A DNA stretch of 64,000 nt from the NCBI RefSeq assembly GCF_009914755.1, contig NC_060927.1; one strand, written 5' to 3'. The notes under the pieces are model-generated. The model saw nothing but the letters and a program-made list of their open reading frames with translations, was not told where the DNA came from and made no database searches. The translations under genes and the position numbers were made by a program. This document shows positions 46,961-64,000 of this stretch, piece after piece. This DNA is from the human T2T-CHM13v2.0 reference genome, Homo sapiens. Position 1 is the first letter of the stretch, and each line of letters starts with the position of its first letter.

Positions 46961-48405
46961 TTACTGAACTGTTCTATAATAGGTAAGTATCATTAGGAGC
47001 CAACCATGGAAGAAAAGCAATTTTAGTCACTAAAAAAAAAAAAAATTGTGGTGAAATATAAAACATTCCATTCATCTGGTTCTAAAATTAAGAATAGGAA
47101 ACATTTTAAAATAGGAAATGTTTTAAAATTTAGGAAACATTTAAAAATATTCAAAGCAACAGAACCTGAGGTAGTACAAGCAAAATAAGTTTATTTTAGA
47201 GATACAGGGCTGGCTCCCAGAGATCAATAGCAGGAATGCCTTGTTTTTCATGAGGAAGTTGGACAAAGCAATGGAAAGCCATCAGGAGCCTGGGAATACC
47301 ACCTCTTCCTTATTCCCGAGACATTTCTTCATTCTTTCCCCAAACTTCCTCTTCTACATAGTCCACGTTGTGAAAAATGGCCACCCACACTTCTCCCCTC
47401 CATCCAAGAGATCACCTCGGGGTCTCAGATAGACTCCAATTCCTACTACTGGTCCAATCAGCTATGGCCATGGGATGGGGAGTGGGCTCACACGGTACCT
47501 AGGATGCCACTGGGGTCTCAGCCCTACGACTCTGTGGCTGGGGGATGAGGGGGAGGGAAGTCATAAAGAAGAGAGAATGGGTACTGCAGGAAGACACTAA
47601 TAAACATGCTTCCTCCCACCCCCAAAGTTTGGCCATATGAGGAATAGCACATTTGAGGACTCCCCAGAAGAAAAACGACAAAGGAGGCTGAAAGGAGTGA
47701 AGAGGAAAAAAGATACAGAGGGGAGAGCAAGGTAACCCCATCAAGTACTGGAGACTCACAGCAAGACAGCCACCCAGAGGGGGAGCACAGCGTCTCGGTG
47801 TAAGACTCAGGGTGGTGCCTTGCCCAGCCTCTGCCCTGAGAAGCAACAGACACTACCTGCGCTGTCAGGGGCTGTGTCTGAGCAGGAGCTGGTTTGCTAA
47901 ATCAAGGGCAAGAAGAGAAAGCTCAGGTCTTTTGGGTCTTGAAGAAACTGTACTTCTTACCTCGTCCTTCTCTTCTCTGTTTTAAGGGAGAGACTAAAGA
48001 ATGGTGAGGTTTGAAACTCAGAGGAAAACCAGCTTGGTGATCTGTTTTTTGTTTAGCTGACACGAAATCATTCACACCCAGCAGCTCACTGCCTGCTTAT
48101 TTTAAGCATGAAAAATGAGGGTAATAAGTTTCTCCCTCTCTTGTGGGAATTATGTTCATATCTTTCACTGGACTCCTTTCCTACACACCCAGAGCTTAAT
48201 TTTGGTTACTTTTGGAATACTAAAATGAACTGAGGGTCCCAGCCTGGAAGGGAGTTTGGTGATGAGGTGAAATGAAGTATTTTAGGGCAAGGATGGCAAC
48301 GGAATTCAAATCCTCTGCCGTGACACCCAAGTGAAATGCTCTGCTTCTCACAGAGTGACACTTAGAGCTGTGGGTTTTGAGACAGATAGAAAGGGATCTC
48401 TCTTG

Positions 48406-49239
<834 letters not shown>

Positions 49240-49475
49240 CTATAGTGAAGGAAAGTGGCACAGCCTTGTCTTCTATGCATCTGCCTTCCAAGACCTTATC
49301 AGAAGTGGCTGGTGCACAATTTATGATTGAGGTCTTCTTACCTCTTTTCCCATCATAATCATGACTAGCAGCAAGAATGGAACATGTAGAGCCCTAGTCT
49401 AGGCAATCAATATAGCACTCACATTCCTTTGACTCAGCCCCTCCTCCATGGAATATGCAGCGCGGGTACTGTTAG

Positions 49476-50871
49476 TGTGTCTGGAATTGGTGGGTTCTTG
49501 GTCTCACTGACTTCAAGACTGAAGCCGCGGACCCTCGCGGTGAGTGTTACAGCTCTTAAGGGCGCGCGTCTGGAGTTTGTTCCTTCTGATGTTCGGATGT
49601 GTTCGGAGTTTTTTCTTTCTGGTGGGCTGCAGACTTTCGCGGTGAGTGTTACAGCTCTTAAAGCGGCGCATCTGGAGTTGCTTGTTCCTCCCGCTGGGCT
49701 CGTGGTCTCACCGGCTTCAGGAGTGAAGCTGCAGACTTTTGTGGTGAGTGTTACAGCTCATAAAAAGCAGCGTGGACCCAGTGAGCAGCAGCAAGATTTA
49801 TTGCAAAAAGCCAAAGAACAGAGCTTCCACACAATGGAAGGGGACCGGAACGGCTTGCCGCTGCTGGCTCGGGCAGCCTGCTTTTATTCTCTTATCTGGC
49901 CCCACCCACATCCTGTTGATTGGTAGAGCCTAGAGGCCTGTTTTGACAGGGCGCTGATTGGTGCGTTTACAATCCCTGAGCTAGATACAAAGGTTCTCCA
50001 CGTCCCCATCAGATTAGTTAGATACGGAGTTTCCACACACAGGTTCTCCAAGGCCCCACCAGAGCAGCTAGATACAGAGTGTCGATTGGTGCACTCACAA
50101 ACCCTGAGCTAGACACAGGGTGCTGATTGGTGTGTTTACAAACCTTGAGCTAGATACAGAGTGTGGATTGGTGTGTTTACAATCCCTGAGCTAGACATAA
50201 AGGTTCTCCACGTCCCCACCAGACTCAGGAGCCCAGCTGGCTTCGCCCAGTGGATCCCGCACTGGGGCTGCAGGTGGAGCTGCCTGCCAGTCCTGCGCGT
50301 GCGCCCGCACTCCTCAGCCCTTGGGTGGTCGATGGGACTGGGCATGGTGGAGCAGGGGGTGGCGCTCGTCGGGGAGGCCCGGGCCGCACAGGAGCCCACG
50401 GAGGGGGTGGGAAGCTCAGGCAGGGCGGGCTGCGGGTCCCGAGCCCTGCCGAGCGGGAAGGCAGCTAAGGCCCGGTGAGAAATCGAGCACATCGCTGGTG
50501 GGCTGGCACTGCTGGGGGACCCAGTACACCCTCCGCAGCCGCTGGCCCGGGTGCTAAGCCCCTCATTGCCCGGGGCCAGCAGGGCCCGCCAGCTGCTCCG
50601 AGTGCGGGGCCCGCCAAGCCCACGCCTACCCGGAATTCCAGCTGGCCCGCAAGCGCCGCACGCAGCCCCGGTTCCCGCTCGCGCCTCTCCCTCCACACCT
50701 CCCTGCAAGCTGAGGGAGCGGGCTCCGGTCTTGGCCAGCCCAGAAAGGGGCTCCCACAGTGCAGTGGGGGGCTGAAGGGCTCCTCAAGTGCCGCCAAAGT
50801 GGAAGCCCAGGCAGAGGCGGGCCGAGAGCAAGCGAGGGCTCTGAGGACTGCCAGCACGCTGTCACCTCTCA
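49476..50871 (-). mobile_element. Solo LTR12 (LTR12C-like, ERV9)
   Basis: Minus strand begins TGAGAGGTGACAGCGTGCTGGCAG and ends AAGAACCCACCAATTCCAGACACA; CpG-rich U3 with CCAAT repeats; 4-bp TSD TTAG (49472-49475 and 50872-50875). Confidence 0.95.
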
Positions 50872-50929
50872 TTAGGACTCTGCAGCGCGGGTACTGTTAG
50901 GACTCTGCAGCGCGGGTACTGTTAGGACT
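50872..50929 (+). repeat. 25-bp tandem repeat TGCAGCGCGGGTACTGTTAGGACTC
   Basis: Copies at 50881-50905 and 50906-50929; a further copy is split by the LTR (49456-49475 + 50876-50880). Confidence 0.92.
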
Positions 50930-51444
50930 GGGTCCCTGCACTCCAGGTCTTCAGAGATGTTGTGCTTAATATTTCTGGGCACCTGCTATGTGTTTTATCT
51001 ACATTACTTGATTTATTTATTAGAATATCTTGATGGTATTCACATTCGTGGAACACTGAGGCTCACAGACGATAAATAACTTGCTAAAGTCACACACCTT
51101 AAGTTTCAGAGTCTTGTTTCAGCCTAGATCTCTGACTCAAAACCTTGGTTACTTTCTCCTCAAGGGGGAGGCAGACGTGTCGCAGATAAACATCCAATAA
51201 CAAGTAAGTGCTCTTGAAGAGATAAACATGAGTAGTGCTGGGGTGGCTGACTTGCCTGGAGAGTCAGTAGATACATTTTGACTGTTGTTTTATTTACCAG
51301 GACTGGAGAGGAAAATGGGAAGAACATATATTCTCTCTCTTCACAGCCAGCTCCTCTCTGCTCCTCTCCTCGCTTCTGTGAACAATTCCCTCAGCCTGTG
51401 TATGAATTATGATCACCATTCACTATAGAACCCTGACCTGTGTC

Positions 51445-52527
51445 CGGGTTGCCAGACATAATACAGGATGCCTGATGAAATTTCAGATCAATGAATAGTT
51501 TTTTAGTATACATACATACCCAATGTTGCATGAAATATAATGATACTAAAGAATTATTCGTGTTTAAAATTCAAATTTCACTGTGGGCACTGCATTTTTT
51601 CCCAATTTTCAAACTGTGGTACTGTACACATAATGTAAAATGTTTACCATCTTAACCAATTTCAAGTGTACAGTTAGTGGTACTAAATACATTCATGATG
51701 TGTGCAACCATCAGCACCATCCATCTCCAGAACTTTGTTTGTTTGCTTATTTGTTTAGTAGAGATGGGGTCTTGCTGTGTTGCCCAGGCTGGTCTCCTGC
51801 TCCGTGACTCAAGTGATCCTCTCGCCTCGGCCTCCCAAAGGCTGGGAATACAGGCGCAAGCCACCATGCCCGGCCTCTCGAGCTCTTTTATCTTGTAAAA
51901 TTGAAACCTTATGTCTACTAAACAATAACTCTACATTCCCCCAACTCCCCAGTCCCCGGCAACCACCATGCTACTTTGTGTATCTGTGATTTTGACTCCT
52001 CTAAACACTGCAGATAAGTGGAATTACACAGTATTTGCCCTTTTGTGACTGGCTTATTTCACTTAGTGTAATATCCTCAAGGTTCATTCATATGTTGTAG
52101 GATGTGTCAGAATTTTTTTCCTCTGTAAGACTGAAGACTGTTCCATCGAGCCACGTTTTGCTTATCCATTCATTCGTTGATGGACTCTGGGTTGCTTCCA
52201 CGCTGTAGCTGCTGTGAGGAACGCTGCTGTGAACACGGGTGTGCAAAGGTCTCTTTGAGGCTCTGCTTTCGGTTCTTGTGGGTCTATTCTCAGCAGTGGG
52301 ATGCTGAATCATACAGCCATTCTCTGTTTTATTTTTCGAGGAACTGCCAGACTGTTTTCCAGGCTGGCTGCACATTTTACACTCCCACCAGCCGTGCACG
52401 AGGATTCCATTTCTCCACGTCCTCACCAACGCGTCTATCTGATGTTTTCGTTTTCCCAAATAGCCATCCTAAAGGGTGTGAGGTGAGGGCATTCTTTATT
52501 TGTATTTGCCAAATGTAGCGACCCTAA
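51445..52527. mobile_element. MER33/MER3-type MITE interrupted by an L1MA/MB 3' end (~51600-52486, -), itself interrupted by FLAM (51735-51875)
   Basis: GGGTTGCCAGA...AATACAGGATGCC...AAATTCAAATTT, resuming as GGGCATTCTTTATTTGTATTTGCCAAATGTAGCGACCCTA. Confidence 0.7.
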
Positions 52528-53220
52528 AGCCCAGCCAGAGACCTCTTGCCGGGCTCTGATGTCACACCTTGCCCATCTAACCCTTGCCTTTTCTGTGTCG
52601 CATCCTGGCCTGGACTCCTGGTCCTCTGGTCCTCACCCAGCCTCTCCTCATTTACTGCTGCCCATGCCTCAGTGTGAGACTGTGTCTGGGGCTCTCGTCA
52701 CCTCTTCTTGCCTTGCTCCCTCTGAGAGCACCTCGCTGGCACCACACTGACAGGTTGGCACCATAGGCTGAGCCTGAATGTAGAAACTGGCAGAACATCA
52801 ACTCAAAGGAAATGTCCCAAGAGGAGAAAATGTTGAGACAGCAAAAGTCTGTGGCCTAATCTCAGAGCACTCACAGTTATAGATCCCTGACACTTTGCAG
52901 GCCAGAAGAAGCTGAATTTTTAGTTATTTGATCCTTTCCCCAGTTAGGGTTCCAGCTTCCTCCTCCTTTCCCTTTTTCAGATACTAAGAACCCACCATGA
53001 GCACCACACTGACAGGCCGGCATAGACAAGTAAAACTCTGCCCTCAAGGATCTAGGCCCAGTGAGGAAGCCGAGACCTTTCTAAATAGTTGTAACATATA
53101 GAAAATGAGAACAGCTGAAGGAAGTGCAGGAGGAACGCCACATGAGGGCATTTGCGGGTGAGGGAGGGTCCAAGGAACTTTGTGGAGCAGGTGTCATCTG
53201 AGCAGAACCTTAAAAGATAA

Positions 53221-54878
<1,658 letters not shown>

Positions 54879-55044
54879 TTAACCTTTTGCCAAATTTGCT
54901 TCAGATATTTTTTTCTCAGAAACGAAATATTACAGATACAGTTGAAGCCTCTTATACATCTATGCCTGTGATTTGACTCCTTTCCCTCTCTCTCCAGAAC
55001 TTGACACGTGTCATTGCTGTGTTTGTTTTCATGCTTTTCTGTAG

Positions 55045-55762
<718 letters not shown>

Positions 55763-55947
55763 GTTTCTACATATCCATTGATCTATAAAGAAGGCTTAGC
55801 ATTTTTTGCATATTTCTAAACCATATACAGGATATATACACATGCGTGTGTGCCACGAACCGTTTATGTCCTCCTGCAACTTCGTGTTCTTGTGATTTAT
55901 CCATTCCTAAACATAGAACTGTTACTTCTTTTTTAATTGCTGTACAG

Positions 55948-56465
55948 CAGAGGTCCCCAAACCCCAGCACAGGTGCACAGCCTGTTAGGAAACTGCGTCA
56001 CACGGCAGGAGGGGAGCAGCAGGCGGGTGAGCAAGTGAAGCTTCATCTGTATTGACAGCCGCTCCCCATCACTCGCATTACTGCTTGAGCTCCGCCTCCT
56101 GTCCGATCAGCGCCGGCACTAGATACTCATAGCTATGTGAACCCTATTGTGAACTGAGCATATGAGGGATCTAGGCTGCATGCTCCCTATGAGAATCTAA
56201 TGCCTGATGATCCATCAGTGTTTCCCATCATCCCCAGATGGAACCGTCTAGTTGCAGGAAAACAAGTGCAGGGCTCCACTGATTCTACATTATGCTGAGT
56301 TGTATAATTATTTCATTATATCTTACAACGTAATAATAATAGAAATAAAGTGCACAATAAATGTGATGCACTTGAATCATCCCAAACCATCCCCCACCCC
56401 CAGTCCATGAAAAAATGGTCTTCCAGGAAACGGGTCCCTAGTGCCAGAAAGGTTGGGGACCGCTG
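55948..56465 (+). mobile_element. MER1A hAT-Charlie MITE
   Basis: TIRs CAGAGGTCCCCAA / TTGGGGACCGCTG, 518 bp, TSD CTGTACAG / CCGTACAG. Confidence 0.88.
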
Positions 56466-56911
56466 CCGTACAGTATTCCATTTCACCAACATACTACCGT
56501 CTATCAATTCTTCTGTTCACGACCATTTAGGTTGTTTCCAATTTGTGATTACAAACAAAGCTGGAATGAATTCTGTATGTATGTGCTCTAGTCTCTAGAA
56601 TATACATTATGAGAAGCGGCATTCTCAAGTTCTGGCTTATGCTCATCTCCGCCTTTGTTAGATATTGCCTCATTGTTCATCACCATCAATATTTCTGTTT
56701 ATCAAGCAAGGGACGAGGGCAAGCAGCAAAAATAACACATGGTACAGGTATGTTTCAACCTGCAGGTGTGAGGGGATGCATATAGTGCCCAAGATTCTCA
56801 CCATTTCATGGGGAAGAGTGCTTAGGCTAGGCATAGCTGGACACATCATGTGTTCTGTACAAGAGAGGGAATATAAAATTCCTTGTTGTCTCACGCATTT
56901 ATAAAGTATTA

Positions 56912-62704
<5,793 letters not shown>

Positions 62705-64000
62705 AAAAATTTCTTATCTTTAATTATTACGGATACATAATAGTTGTACGTCTTTCAAATTGAACTCTTGAGGGGTCCAGGGCCATTGAGAGGAAAGACA
62801 GCACAGAACCAGGTGGATTTATTTCTAGGGATTTGGCTCCTAGCCCCTTGTCAGGGAAGGTGGCTTCTTTCTTTCCCTGGGGCCAAGAGAGACTAATAGG
62901 GAGATGTATCTCTAGAATCCTAGGTCTGAATGAGACGCCAATGGGTCATTGGTTTTAGGTGTTTTTTTGTTTTTGTTTTTGCCCCTCAGGTAAGGCTACA
63001 TCGAAACCACACTAAGAGGATCAGAAAGAATACATGTTAAATGTTTCCAAGGAGATTCTATATTCTTTCCAGGTAATTCAGGACTAAGGATGTTTTACAG
63101 CGAGTTCTTCTTTTTAGCCTTTTGGCTGCAATTGAGGGTTGAAAATGCTTTGAGGGTAGTCTATTCATCTTTATATCCTGTCCAAACCCAGCACAAACAG
63201 GCCCTAGGGTCCCGTCTATTGACCTGAACTGCATTGTTCTGCTCTGCCTGGAGCTAGGAAATATGCTGGTCACTGTTTTTTGTTGGCTTTAAATATAGTA
63301 TTTGCAAAGTTCAAAACAAATCTTATGATCATTTGGCTTGTGGCTTCTCTCCTAAATCTCCCTCCTTTTAGAATGGTCAGGATGGGAGGAGGACGTGCCA
63401 AGACTGAGCTTCTGTTTCTTTTCAAGGACAGTCCCTGCAATGGCTTCGTTTGACCTACCCTCCCTTTTCTTATCAAATGAAATCAGCTACCACAGGAAAT
63501 TGACTTCTCCAGATTGTAGGAGACAGGAAGCAGCACCACAAAGCAGGTTCCAGGGAGGGAAGGCAGAGATGAGAGAAACAGCTCGAGTCCCAGCTCGGTC
63601 AGTGCCTGGCCCCGGCCTCGCTTTCCGCCTCTCTGTCTCATTCTTACCATCTCTAGCCTCACCTACCCTTCTTCTGGGTCCTGGTGTCTGAGGCTGAAAG
63701 GCGCTGTAGAAGTCTCCAAGGCCAGCCTCCCTCCCCACTCAGTCACTCCCAACAAGCCTTCCAGCCTGTGCTTGACCCTTCCAGGCATGGAAATTTTACT
63801 GCTTCCCCTAAGAAACCAGCTCTGTTTTGCCTTTTATCCATCTGAAACCTCCCTCCTCCAGTGTTCTTCCACTGGCCTCACTTTTCCTTGGGACAGCCCT
63901 TTCCATACCTGAGTCTCCAGGCTAAGCCCTCCCGGGGAGGTCTCTTGGTAGAGGCATGAGTTTCTCAGAAACTCAACCAGAGGGAGTCAGGAAGGGGTCT

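Noticed and set aside
49910-50230. Repeat-spacer-like array suggestive of CRISPR
   Set aside because: Standard ERV9 U3 enhancer repeats in eukaryotic DNA; no unique spacers or cas genes.
49429-50900. Cluster of 60-190-aa ORFs
   Set aside because: All lie within the GC-rich LTR12; no gag/pol/env motifs.

Overview
Alu-dense primate DNA, most likely human; by recall of the gene pair it is chr3q29. Two genes sit head-to-head across a CpG-island bidirectional promoter at ~19.6-20.7 kb. WDR53 is on the minus strand: two inferred non-coding 5' exons plus two coding exons that splice to 358 aa. FBXO45 is on the plus strand: three coding exons splicing to 286 aa (F-box plus SPRY) and a 3' UTR of up to ~4.7 kb. 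The rest is intronic or intergenic and filled with Alus, L1/L2/MIR fragments, hAT/Tigger MITEs, a THE1 MaLR element, MLT LTRs and a solo LTR12 (ERV9). I see no new multi-gene system. The most curious items are: an LTR12 inserted in a perfect 25-bp triple repeat; an identical 10-mer at both ends of the WDR53 coding intron; two hAT MITEs sharing one target site; a phase-0 FBXO45 exon flanked by inverted Alus (possible stop-free circle); three uORFs in the WDR53 leader; a strong CTCF motif; and a recursive-splice-like site. Repeat subfamily names come from recall of consensus sequences and repeat boundaries are approximate.
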